DNA from: Anthoceros angustus
Lineage: Eukaryota > Plantae > Anthocerotophyta
Direction: 5' to 3'
Length of the DNA stretch: 64,000 nt
Assembly: GCA_010909165.1 (NCBI GenBank)
Contig: MU008161.1
Span: 186,001-250,000, forward strand
This document shows, piece by piece, positions 1 to 11,408 of this stretch (the stretch's first letter is position 1; each line of letters starts with the position of its first letter). The position numbers and the translations under genes were made by a program. The notes under the pieces were generated by a model, which was not told where the DNA came from, did not search any database, and saw nothing but the letters and a program-made list of their open reading frames with translations.

Positions 1-2506
1 CCTCTTCCTCTTGGGTTGCGCTTCTTGCAAGGCCCTCGAACTTGTTGCCCGATTGGTTGTCCTTCAATAGTTGACCAAACGTGATGGCAAATTGCTGATC
101 CATGATGGCTTGCAAGGTTAAATGGTCCTCGATCGGTCCCTCCTTCTTCCCAACGATCGCGGTTGCTCCCTTAGCAACAACGCGTTGCTTGCTTAGCAAC
201 GGCGGTTGCTAAGCGAGAGGACTTTCTCCGTGATCTGTGATCAGTTTGTCTTGGTCAATTCCTCCTCTATCATCTCCATGACTTCCGGCGTCCGGTGGAA
301 ACTCGGGTTTCCTCTCCCTTTTCTTTGGAACTTCTTTTCTCCAAAGATGGCCCCTGTGCGATTCACTCCTTGATTCTTCCTTCTCGGGGTTCTCCTTCTC
401 AAGTGTCTCCTCCAGATCCGCTCCGGGCTTGGAGTGCTCTCTTGACTTTGTGGTGATTCCACCTCCGTCTCTTTCTTCTTCCGACTTCCTCCTAGCTTTT
501 CACTCCTAGTGCGCCTGACCATGGCTGCAGCCTCCGTAGTAGTCTCCTGCACCCCCGGTCCATCTAGCTCCCAACACCATGGCTTCCGCATCCTCCCCAA
601 GCCATAAGGGCATCCTCCACGTGCATGGCGTGCTCCTTGAGGTGCCTGAACCCCCGCCACAGGTGGTTGAGCAATTGAGCGACTTCCTTGGGTTTGGGCA
701 AGTGACACTCCCGCCACATGACCATGTTGTTTGCCTTGGCAGCCGTCGTAGTCACCATTGGCTGTCTTGGCGATGAGCTATTGCATAATGACCAAAGCCT
801 CTAGGTAATCGAACCACACCGTTGCTTGGTTAGCAACCACAGGCACTTGGTTGTTACGAATGCCCCATGGAATTTCGCAGCATCGATGGATGGGCGGTCT
901 TGGGATCTTGTTGTCCTGGAAACCTCCGGATCCGTTCCCTCCGGGCTTGGAGTGCTCTCTTGAGACTTGGTGATTCCACCTCGTCTCTTTCTTCTTCCAT
1001 GACTTCCTCCTAGCTTTTCACTCCTAGTGCGCCTGACCATGGCTGCACTCTCGTAATAGTCTCCCTGCACCCCCGGTCCATCTAGCTCCCGCAACACCAT
1101 GGCTTCCGCATCCTCCCAATAAGGGCATCCTCCACGTGCATGGCCAGCTCCTTGTCTTGCTTGAACTCACATCACATGGTTGAGCAATTGAAACGATCTT
1201 CCGGTTTGGGCAAGTGACACTCCCATGACCATGTTGTTGTTTGCGGTCTTGGCACGGTAGTTCGTAGTCACCATTGGCTCTTGTCGTGGGCGATGGGCTA
1301 TTGCATAATGACCAAAGCCTCTGATTGTAGCCCACACCGTTGCTTGGTTGCAACCACAGGCACTTAGTTTATTCAATGACCCCATGGAATTTAGCAGATG
1401 GATGGGCGGTCTTGAAATCTTGTCCCCAGGAAACCTCCACGGATCGGTAGGTATCCTCCGCCATCCTCTTCCTCCTCCTCGTGGCGAGCATGTGCACCTT
1501 GGCCACATGACAGTTGGACTTGTGTGGCTGGCTGGCCACAAGTGGAACAAAAGCAGGTTAGCCCGAGCCTTTGGATGCGCTCTCCTCTTCTCATGCTCCT
1601 TCACGCGTGAGGTGAAACTTCTCGAATTTGCTCATCATTTCCTCCATCTTCATTTCTTCTTTGTTGCACCTTCTTGACTTCAGCCTCCTTCTTGACTTGT
1701 TCCACTTCCTTCTTGGCACTAGCAACCTCTTGTTTAGCCCTGGCCAGCTCCCTTGATCCTCGAGCCTCTGGTTTCTTCTTAGCGATGTCAACCTTCTTCT
1801 TCTTCTTGCGTCTCTTGGCTGACTCGTCTTCCGAGGATTCTTCCTCCATGGTGCCATCCTCCGAGGAAGAGTCCTCCGAGTCTGAGTCTTGAGAGGAGTC
1901 ACTCTCCTCCGAAGATTCTTCCTCCGACGACGAAGATCCCTTGTTCTTCTTCCCTCGCTTGGACTTCTTCTTCTTGCTCTTTTCCTTCTTGTGCTTCTTC
2001 CTGTCCAAGGAGTTGGATTCCTCGTAGTTGAGTGCCGCCTTGATGGCCTTGTCTACGTCCTTCTCCGCTTGCAGCCTCACATGTCGGCCCATCTCGGAAC
2101 CTAACCCCTTAGCAAACCACCGAATGGCCTGTAAATCAGAGTGAGGACCACTACGATCCAAGTTAAGAAACCTCTCAACATAAGCTTGCAAGGTCTCCTT
2201 CCTTCTTCTCCTCAAAAACTCCAACTTTGACAACACGTAGCCTTCTACATCTATTCCTGAACCTCTCACAAAAGGCTTTCTTGATTCGTTGAAGGTTCTT
2301 TGGGGTCTTGATGCCTTGAGGTACTCCCTCTTGTACCACTTGGCCTCCGCGAAGAACTCCGTAGAAGAGTCAATGCGCGCAGATCCCAGTTCACGATTTG
2401 CAATGGTTAGTTGCTCCGCGTTCAACAAACTCGTCGGATCTTCATACCCTTCTTCTCTCCATACGTGGGTATGGTTGTAGTTATTGCAAAAGGAACTAGT
2501 CGCCAT
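1..2506 (-). mobile_element. Ty3/gypsy LTR retrotransposon internal region: gag ORF (1601-2506) followed by frameshifted zinc-knuckle and gag-pol linker remnants running off the window start
   Basis: ORF 1601..2506 contains KETLQAYVERFLNLD...AIRWFAKGL (retrotransposon gag pattern) and then K-rich and S/E-rich tails. Minus strand ~1490-1550 reads CSTCGQP(G)HTSPNC if one base is restored (CCHC knuckle). A PBS and LTR lie upstream. Confidence 0.8.
415..1440. repeat. Imperfect tandem duplication, unit ~520 bp
   Basis: cttggagtgctctcttga...ctagcttttcactcctagtgcgcctgaccatggctgca occurs at ~428 and ~946; the copies differ by many 1-3 bp indels. Confidence 0.85.
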
Positions 2507-2864
2507 GATGTCACTATCCCAAAGAATCAGCTTGTTGGTCTAGCAACAGGATCTCTGTTAGCAACGCCCTGTCCAAAAGTTGCTGAGTTCACGCAGTCGC
2601 AAGTTCAAGACGGAGGTCAAGACAAGGATGCCCACCCTAGGCAGCTGTTGCTTGCTTCTTGGCTCCTCCCTTGCTTTCCTTGACTTCTCCTCCACACACA
2701 GGCTCCCGCCCTCTCTTCTTGACTTCTCCTTCTTCTTTGAGTCTTCTCTTCACGGAGTCGGAACTTTCGGACTCAATGGGTAGCATCCATGTATCACACT
2801 CAAGACTCCTAATACACTACTAGACAAGGTTAGTCTACTCTAAGGTCTTGACAACAATGACACC

Positions 2865-2876
2865 GCAACGGCGCCA
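2865..2876 (-). promoter_or_regulatory. Primer binding site complementary to the tRNA-Asp 3' end
   Basis: Minus strand reads ...CACTCCACA TT TGGCGCCGTTGC, i.e. an LTR end in CA followed by the 12-nt TGGCGCCGTTGC known from Athila/Tat-type gypsy elements. It lies upstream of gag. Confidence 0.75.
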
Positions 2877-2879
2877 AAA

Positions 2880-5460
2880 TGTGGAGTGATTTTCTAAACC
2901 AAGTGGTCACAAAGAGGCCACATTTACCCTCTTTATCGTTGTAGACTTGAGATTCGTACCCAAGGGAGTGATTTCGTGTCAAGACAACCAAAACATAGCC
3001 AATCCAACCAAAACACGAGACACACCAAACATCTAGCGATTCTGAGACCGCTACTATCCTAACAACACTCGGACACATGGCTATCTTAGCCACGCGACCT
3101 GTTGCTACCTTAGCAACGGATGACCCTTGCTATCTTAGCAACCACCCTCTATTTTAGCAGAGGGGTCCACCTTGGGATCAGTCGGCTATTAATAGAAGGT
3201 GGGACCCACTTGGGATCCAAGTGGATAAGGTTGGACACCCTCTCTCTTATCTATCCACAAAGTTAGATCCACCAATCGAGTTAGCCACGTGTCACCTTTT
3301 CCACACACTATTTATGGACAACCTAAGCAGCCGGCTAACCCTAATCTCTAAACCTAAACCTAGGACAACTCATAGCAGGATAAAGGGTTGCAGCTCACAC
3401 AAACTACCCCCTTTCTCTTGCAGCACTTCTTCAGACTTCCTTGTCTCTCCTCCAGCCTTTCAGCTCACCTTCCAAGCTCCATACAGACCTCTCCAGGCTC
3501 TCACAGCCCCTTGAGGTGCCTCTCGCAGTCCTCCCCACACTCTCCAAGTCTCCCCAACAACTCTCTTCAACTCTCCTTGTTCTCACACCTCACTGCCCCA
3601 TTCAATCTCCACTTTCACAGCTCACAGCACCTCTCCAGTCCTTACAAGGTTCTCATCCAGGCCCTTACAGCACTTCACCAACTCTCAAAATACTTGTTCA
3701 GCTACCTCCCGCAATCATTCCGTCTCATCCACTCACGGGATCTTCAACCTCCACTCATGCCTCTTCTTCAAGAACACAAACATCACTTACAGACTTCTCC
3801 AGTCCTTCTTACTCCTCTCAAACAGCCAATCAGCAACTCTCCATGTCCAGATTCTCCACTTCTCTCACAGTTCACTTTTCCTCTCATTTTCCAAACACAC
3901 AAGCCCACGGCCTCCAACTCACTTGCTTTCCTTGACTTCTCCTCCACACACACAGGCTCCCGCCTTGTCTTCTCCTCACACACGGGCTCCCGCCTCTCTC
4001 CCAAACACCCAACCTCCAACACACCAAAACATCTAGCGATTCTGAGACCGGGCTACTATCCTAACAACACTCGGACACATGGCTATCTTAGCCACGCGAC
4101 CTGTTGCTACCTTAGCAGCGACGGTTGCTATCTTAGCAACCACCCTCTATTTTAGCAGTGGGGTCCACCTTGGGATCAGTCTGGCTATTAATAGAAGGTG
4201 GGACCCACTTGGGATCCAAGTGGATAAGGTTGGACACCCTCTCTCTTATCTATCCACAAAGTTAGATCCACCAATCGAGTTAGCCACGTGTCACCTTTTC
4301 CACACACTATTTATGGACAACCTAAGCAGGCCCTAACCCTAATCTCTAAACCTAAACCTAGGACAACTCACGGCATAAAGGGTTGCGGCTCACACAAACT
4401 ACCCCTTTCTCTTGCGGCACTTCTTGAGACTTCCTTGTCTCTCCTCCAGCCTTTCAGCTCACCTTCCAAGCTCCATACAGACCTCTCCAGCTCTCACGGC
4501 CCCTTGAGGTGCCTCTCTCCTCCCCACACTCTCCAAGTCTCCCGGCAACTCTCTTCAACTCTCCTTGTTCTCACACCTCACGCCCCATTCAATCTCCACT
4601 TTTCCACTCACGGCACCTCTCTCCGGTCCTTACAAGGTTCTCATCCAGGCCCTTACACTTCACCAACTCTCAAAATACTTGTTCTACCTCCCAATCATTC
4701 CGTCTCATCCACTCACGGATCTTCAACCTCCACTCACGCTCTCTTCTTGACAAACATCACTTACAGACTTCTCCAGTCCTTCTTACTCCTCTCAAACAGC
4801 CAATCAGCAACTCTCCATGTCCGCATTCTCCACTTCTCTCACAGTTCACTTTTCCCTCTCATTTTCCAAACACACAAGCCCACGCCTCCAACTCACTTGC
4901 TTTCCTTGACTTCTCCTCACACACACAGGCTCCCTTGTCTTCTCCTCACACACGGGCTCCCGCCCTCTCTTCTCCACGACCTCCAACACACGAAACTCAA
5001 AACACAAGGTGAGTACTAGACTAATGAAGGGAATGAGGAAGAGTGGACAGCCTCCCGGCTTCACAACCCCTTCCTCTTGACCTTGAAACTCCCTCCAAGG
5101 AGACCTCAAGGCTCCCTCCCTTGCTTTCCACCACCCTTGCGGATCGGCCACACGGATCTAGGCAACTTGGTGGTCTTCTTGGCTTCTCCTGTGACAAACA
5201 AAGGTGTCTAGACTTACGACCTTTGGATCCGTACCCCCAAACCCCGTGCTCATTTCAAACACCAAGACCTTAAACCAACATTGCTTACATTTCATCAAGA
5301 GGGTGCCTCTTATACCCAAGATCACCCCAAAAGTAGCTTGGCTTGCCAAAAATACCAATCGGTCTTAGCCTACCATCCTAGAGGCCTATCTCTTAATTCA
5401 TCCACTAAGAGAAGATAAGATTTACCATCTATAGCACATGGGCCTGACTATTTGTGGTCA
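2880..5460 (-). mobile_element. LTR of the gypsy element (contains a 1-kb internal duplication)
   Basis: TG...CA ends (tgtgg at 2880; ggtca at 5460). The PBS abuts the low end, and a purine tract on the minus strand (ggagagataatagggtaag) abuts the high end. The high boundary is less certain. Confidence 0.55.
3022..4990. repeat. Imperfect tandem duplication, unit ~1000 bp
   Basis: acaccaaa(a)catctagcgattctgagaccg starts at 3022 and 4021. The copies are colinear throughout, and the second has scattered small deletions. Confidence 0.9.
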
Positions 5461-6489
5461 CTTACCCTATTATCTCTCCTAGGCCTCCTAGGCCTCCTAT
5501 CCCCATGCTTTCCTCTTGCTCTCCTCCCTCTTGGCTGGTTGGGCAAACTCTCCCACAAAATCTCCACCTCCTCGTGGACTCCTCCCTCTCTTGTGCTCGC
5601 ATGATAGGTACTCCTCCTCGGTGAGCTCTTGAATCTCGGATGGGTCGGTGAAAGTCTCCTCCATAAGAGTCCAACCCATAGGTAGGATCCGGTGCCAAGG
5701 CATGGATCAAGTACCTCCATGTTCCCCCACTTCCGTTCGGGTATTTCCTGTGATTTCGCCCAAATAGGTTTCCGAATTTATCGGAAAATAACTCCGACTT
5801 GGTTGCTACCATAGCAGGCTCCAGTCTTGTTGTCATAGCAGTCCTGTAGCAACGGCCCTAGCAACCGCGTTAGCAACGAGTACCAACCCTCCAAGGTTAC
5901 ATCCGGGATCGGGACTAGACTCTCTTCCTCCTACTAGGCTCTAGTAGACTTTTCTTATTTCCTAACCTACTTCACATTCCAACTCCACACGATTCTCACA
6001 ACTTAAACACAAAACAAAAAAAACACTCCTTCCAGAAATGGTACCCATGTGGTCACAGATGGCCTTGCCTGGAATGGCGAATGAGGCGCCGGCGAGCCGC
6101 TTATGTGTCGGAGGAGGGGGGCCGGCGGCGCCATGCACTCCACCTTTGGAGGCGCGGCATGCCGCGCCCAAATGTGGAGTGCACGATAGAGCATGGCGAC
6201 GCCGAAGGCCCTAAAGCGCGGTGAACTACGGGTGCTTTGTGCATGATGAAGAAGCTTGCGCCCGCCTTTGCACTTCAGGTTCGCATGCCCGCGCCTCCAA
6301 GCTACTTATAAGGTTCACTCCAGTGATGGGAGGGCATGTTGGCGGCTTCTGGTCGAAATGCATGGGTTGGGTTCTTGCCGTAACATTAACTTCGCAGAGG
6401 CTGATTGTATGCAAAACTGCACTATGCATTTGGACTGTGGAATAATAGGCAGCATATGCGTATGTCCTAGTTTCGATCTCGTTTCAATG

Positions 6490-8237
6490 CACGACACTCC
6501 AGTCTTCCCAAATAGCTCTGCTTGTATGCAAAGTTATTGAATTTGGTGCCGTCCCGATAATGGTGTTCCATGACATACGACTATGTATCAAGAGGCACTC
6601 AACAAGCATCGGATACGATTGATGGAGGAACGGAAGAAGTTGACGAAGCATCGGTCGTCGCATAAGGAGCCGCAGAAATATATGTTGTTATCTATCGACG
6701 CATGGACCAAAAACTTCTCGCGCATATTTTGCGGTGGCCAAAGGACTTGAAGGAGGATAGTCGGATCACGGTGCATGTTGTTGGATGCATGATACATAAT
6801 TACACGTTCGGGCGGGCGTGTCGCATTATGCCAATCTCGTGAATGATGCAAATTTAACAATAACTATTATCCGGGACGTTATACACACGTATGAAGGATA
6901 CTTCCCAAAGTCTTATACTGCTGGACAATACATGCCGAGAGAACAAGAACCAGCTTCTATTTGCGTGCTTGAACATGCTCGTTGAACTCGGACGTTCGAG
7001 AAGGTGAAGGTTGGATTCCTCCTCGTGGGGCATACGACGACCAAGTGGATCAAATGTTTTCATGTTTTCTAAGCATTTAAAACATAAGGAGGCCGGACAT
7101 TGCCAACTATGGAGGACATATTGAAGTCCTCGTTCACGCCGAATCCAGGTGAAAGTGTTGTGGTGGGCGACTTGGACATACGTATGGCCATTACATTAGT
7201 GAGCGGTGAAAGTATCTGCTTCAGTTCGGAAGTTGAACAACCTTTCATTTCAGCACCAGTTCAAAATCACCCGCGAGGACAAAGTTGGGCGGGGAAAGGT
7301 TACCGTTATTCGCAGTAAGCAATACTCCACTTCCCCCTTGTGGGAATCTGAAGATGGGCTCGAATTCTTGACTTTTGTTCCAGACACCGTCATCGGGCCC
7401 GCTCCTTTGATGGCATTGCGGGCGAAGGACAAGAAAGCTAGTGATGGTGGTTTGACCGCACGTGAAGGCGTAGATCACTTGAAAAAAGGACTGGTGAAGC
7501 TGCCAACATATTTGACTGCTGTGGAGGAAGAATGGTGGATGGATTTCTGGAATGATCAACACGAAATCGCAAATATTGTGGATCATAACATTGGGCTTGA
7601 TACGCAAAACCCACGGAGATGGTACGATAGGGCTGCCCGAGTCCCCCTTTGCACATCTAGGAAGAAGGCATCTTTGGACGAGGCTCTTTTGCGTGACATA
7701 CCACACGAGGACATGTATCTAGGGGCCTACCAAACTATTGAACGCCAAGAAGAGGTGGCAAGAAGGATGGATGGCGATATTATGGAGATCTGAAAGGAAT
7801 GTTTATTGTGACACCGTCGAGGTGACACACACAATAGGCGTTAGGTAGCGAAGGTTGTAAGTGTGCACCTTGGGGCCTTTGAACCGTATTGCTTGTGCCT
7901 GGTGGCAGGCGGCACGGATGCTTATGAGGGCAAGTATGTTGGAGAATTTTTCAAAGAAGGTGACAATGGACCACCGCCAAAAGGTCGGGGAAAGGGAAAG
8001 GGCCCCAACATCAAAAGGTTTTTGTCGAAAAACCATTATTATATACTACGGGTTTCGACTCACTTCAGGAAACATCTGCGCATGAAAAGCTATAAAGGAA
8101 AAGTTGAGTGCGCTCGTCCTCACATTCAACCAAACACTTGGATGAGGCAATGGAGAGTGATGAAGATGGAGATGAGGCCTGTGGACGGGACGAGGTCTCG
8201 ATTCGGTGAAGTAATGACATGTGCTAAGCACAAATAA
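6490..8237 (+). mobile_element. Frameshifted Sola-like (DUF7869-type) DDE transposase
   Basis: Across single-base shifts it reads LSID(G)MDQK (6694-6710), NDANLTITII, LDNTCRENKNQLLFACLNMLV (6921-), KVGFLLVGHT(H)DQVDQMFS (7010-7060), then HQFKITRED...SKQYSTSPLW in ORF 7206..7793. Confidence 0.7.
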
Positions 8238-9840
8238 CAAGGAACCTTATGTTTATCCCTAATTTCTCTTCATGGCATAGGGTTTGAAAGTCGGACACGA
8301 GGTCGGGCATAAGTTTCATGTTCTTGTCATACATTGTTTTTAAGACATGCGGGACCACCATGCGTCGATGAGTACATCTTAAATGTCACCTTGTACCGTC
8401 TACCATGTTTTGGCATCTTTGCAATACAGCGCAATACATTTCATGATTACACAATTGCACTAGTCATAAACATTTGCCGTTATAGGCGATGCTTAGGTGA
8501 GGCGGACATGGGCCCTTGTGCTCCACTTTCCACCCTCTAGGCGCCATATGCTCCCATCTGTTCGTTTCCGCCATATGCCATAACACGCGCTTCATCTTGT
8601 TTGCCGTCGTGAGCCACAGCAAAGGCGGCATCGGCGCCATGCCACCAACAATCGCCGCATACATTTTGGTGATATGACAACCTCTACAAAACCCATACCA
8701 TAGTTGTCTCCATGTGTCTCCATGTGATTTTAAATGCAATGATTTCCTGTTTCGGCCACAATGATTGCAACACAAGCCACCGGAAACTCGAACGACTTTT
8801 TTTTTCCCCGCAATGAGGGGAGAGAACATGGGTACTTTTCTCAAACGCATGATAAGCCGAGAGAGCACCGCTTCCGAATCGATACAATCAGCCATGATCT
8901 TCACCCTTATTTCTCGCTTTTGCCTAATCCCAAACATGCCGCTTTGATAACCATCTTAAACCCGGATCCACGATATAGACCTCGCAGCCGCTTCATGTAT
9001 ATTCAGCCGCTCAAATTATAGTGCTGCTGCCTAATCCTAGGGCTTTTTCGGTCTCAAGACGAAGAATTTGGTAAGCCCCTCATTGCCATGCCATCCACCT
9101 CGTCTTTAGCCATAGCCATGCCCTTTGACCTAATCGTTTGAGTACCAACCAGTCGCCGTGGATATGCTCCCGGTATTGTTGCCCTAACAATGTTTTCTGG
9201 GTACTGGGCATACTAACTTGTGGTTAGTTCTTAGAACGAAGCTTTGTCTTCCTCAAGGTGTCTCCGAGCTTCCTCTTCTACTATCGCCTCTTATCCCTGA
9301 GAGGCGGGGATAGGTGGCAATTCCTTCGGCATGAGGGACCCCTTGCAATCTTTTGACCGTGTCACAGCCTACAAAGCTAAGACTTGGCTTGATACAAATA
9401 TGTCAAATAAACACTAGGATGTATGTGGCTCAAAGCGAGGTCCAACTTCCATCTGGATCCCGATGCTTATAACTTCAAAATGATATACGTGTCCGTATCC
9501 GTGGGAGCATGGGTATTGCACATCTTCCCCATATCAAATCTACTCTATGTTTGAGTATGACTATCCCCTCACAAGGCTTCAGATTAATCGCTCAACCATC
9601 TGCATTCATTCTAGTTACCCTAATTCACGCTATTACCAATACTTTCCGTTATCCGTTACATTGCTTCTCCTTGAAAGAGACTTGAATCGTGGCCCACGTA
9701 AACCATCAGGAACAAGGAAAAAGAAATAACTTGAAAGCTTGGATTTATTAGCGAAAGGGACGTGCAAGTTACCATTTCATGATCTCTCTTTTGACAAAGC
9801 ACAAGGCCTTTCTGCACATTCTCTCTTCAGTGCTGACATT

Positions 9841-10180
9841 GTTCCTGTTAAGGAAGCACTAGAAGGACCCGAATCCAACTCTTGGAAATAGGCAATGGAC
9901 AATGAATATCAATCTTTGGTTTCTAACAAGACATGGGCCTTGGTTGATCCACCAAAAGGCCGAAACATCGTAGGCAGCAAATAGGTCATGAGGAAGAAGC
10001 ACAATGCAGATGGCTCCCTAGCCAGGTTCAAGGCCAGACTCGTAGCAAGGGGATTCACACAAAAGAGTGGAGTCGACTACTCTGAATCCAGCATCTTCAG
10101 TCTGGTAGTTAAACTCACCTCTCTTCGTGTGATGATACCCCTAGCTGCTCTATACGGTCTCGTTATACATTAGCTAGATG
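9841..10180 (+). pseudogene. Ty1/copia reverse transcriptase N-terminal fragment with premature stops
   Basis: VKEALEGPESNSWK*AMDNEYQSLVSNKTWALVDPPKGRNIVGSK*VMRKKHNADGSLARFKARLVARGFTQKSGVDYSE...H*LDV is the RVT_2 pattern. Confidence 0.9.
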
Positions 10181-10260
10181 TGGAACGAATTTCAAGTTGT
10201 GCACCAGACGGGAGTCACGTATCAGAACGTGGACACACTCTCCCAGAATCCTAGTGCCAG

Positions 10261-11408
10261 CTATGAGGATGTTACTGAGGCTAGGCAAGATAGTGATGTT
10301 GGAGAGTTGAAGTGTTCCTCAGTGGCTGCGATGGTAGCCATGACATGCTTGGGTGACAGTCCCGAGTATGGGACAGTCCCAAGTGCTGGACACACATGTC
10401 GGGGACAGGAGGCCCAAGGATATATGGGAGGACCTGGATTCACTCTTGTTTGTGCAAACTGGACAGCTTGGATCAACCATGGTGCTTTCCATTTCTTGGC
10501 CCTCCATGACCCGAATTTCGTGTATTTCTGCAGCCTCTTCTTGGGGCTCTCTTGGAGGTACTCCCTCCAACAACAATACTTAGGATGGCCCTGCTGCCGC
10601 CTTCTTCTTTTGCAAAACACCAAGCAAAGGCCGCTCCACTCCAGGCCTTAAATGCACAATGTCAAAAGGATGCCTAGAATCATCTAATTCTTCATTGGTC
10701 AGTAATCCCTCTCTTTCCCACAAGTGTATCAAATATGTGCTGAGATAGCATGGCCATGCTCTTCCCTCGTCCGTTGCATTGGGCTTGAGTAATTTCTCCC
10801 AGTGATGAATGTAAGCTTCATACATGATCAATCCCCAATCTGGCCTTTGTCCTTGGGACTCCTTCCACTGGAAGTATCAAAATGTATTGCTGAAGTAAGA
10901 GGTGTGTGGGCAATTCACCAAGCCCAAGACAATCTTTGCAAACAATCTCCACTTAAGCTCTATCACCTGGTCCATCCTCCAGTCGTTCTTGGTCTTGGCT
11001 TTCATTCCTCCCTGCATAAATGACACGGACACATTGTCGGAGGATGAAGTGCAGCGGCCAAGGCGGGTGCCAGCAATGTCGAATGCCTGAACCCGGGCTT
11101 TTGGAGGCGGCGCTGAAGGCGAACTGGACATGTCATTGAGGGCAACGTGGCACGGGATGCGGAGCACCGTGGAGGCAGTCAAGGGCACACTGAAAGGCCT
11201 CCGCCAGATCATGATGGCCATGGAGGACGGCATGGAGTAGGCTTGGTCCTCGTCCCTTGGGCTTGGAGGTGCAGCAGCAGCGGTTGTTTGCTTTTTGTTA
11301 GGGGGGGCGAAGGATGCGCCATAGAAAGATTGAGTAGGAGACAGGGTTTAATGCAAGCTGTACAATTTTGTGATGTGTGCTGTGGACATCCTTTTTGATG
11401 AGAATCAT
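10261..11408 (-). pseudogene. Frameshifted retroelement accessory ORF, antisense to the flanking pol fragments
   Basis: ORF pieces 10877..11233, 10580..10831 and 10319..10576 join through shifts into ...WRLFAKIVLGLV...QWKESQGQRPDWGLIMYEAYIHHWEKLL...CYLSTYLIHLWEREGLLTNEE. A TATA-like TACTATATAAACAC lies upstream on the minus strand (11456-11469). Confidence 0.45.

Noticed and set aside
2492-2514. TGACA-tca-TGGCGACT at the gag ATG as LTR end plus PBS
   Set aside because: The site at 2865-2880 has a longer tRNA-Asp match and its LTR end is independently supported by homology to 12160-12262.
3388-5019. ORFs of 164-255 aa in the duplicated LTR
   Set aside because: They are S/L/P/H-rich products of CT-rich sequence, the frames are not preserved between the two copies, and they have no domain.
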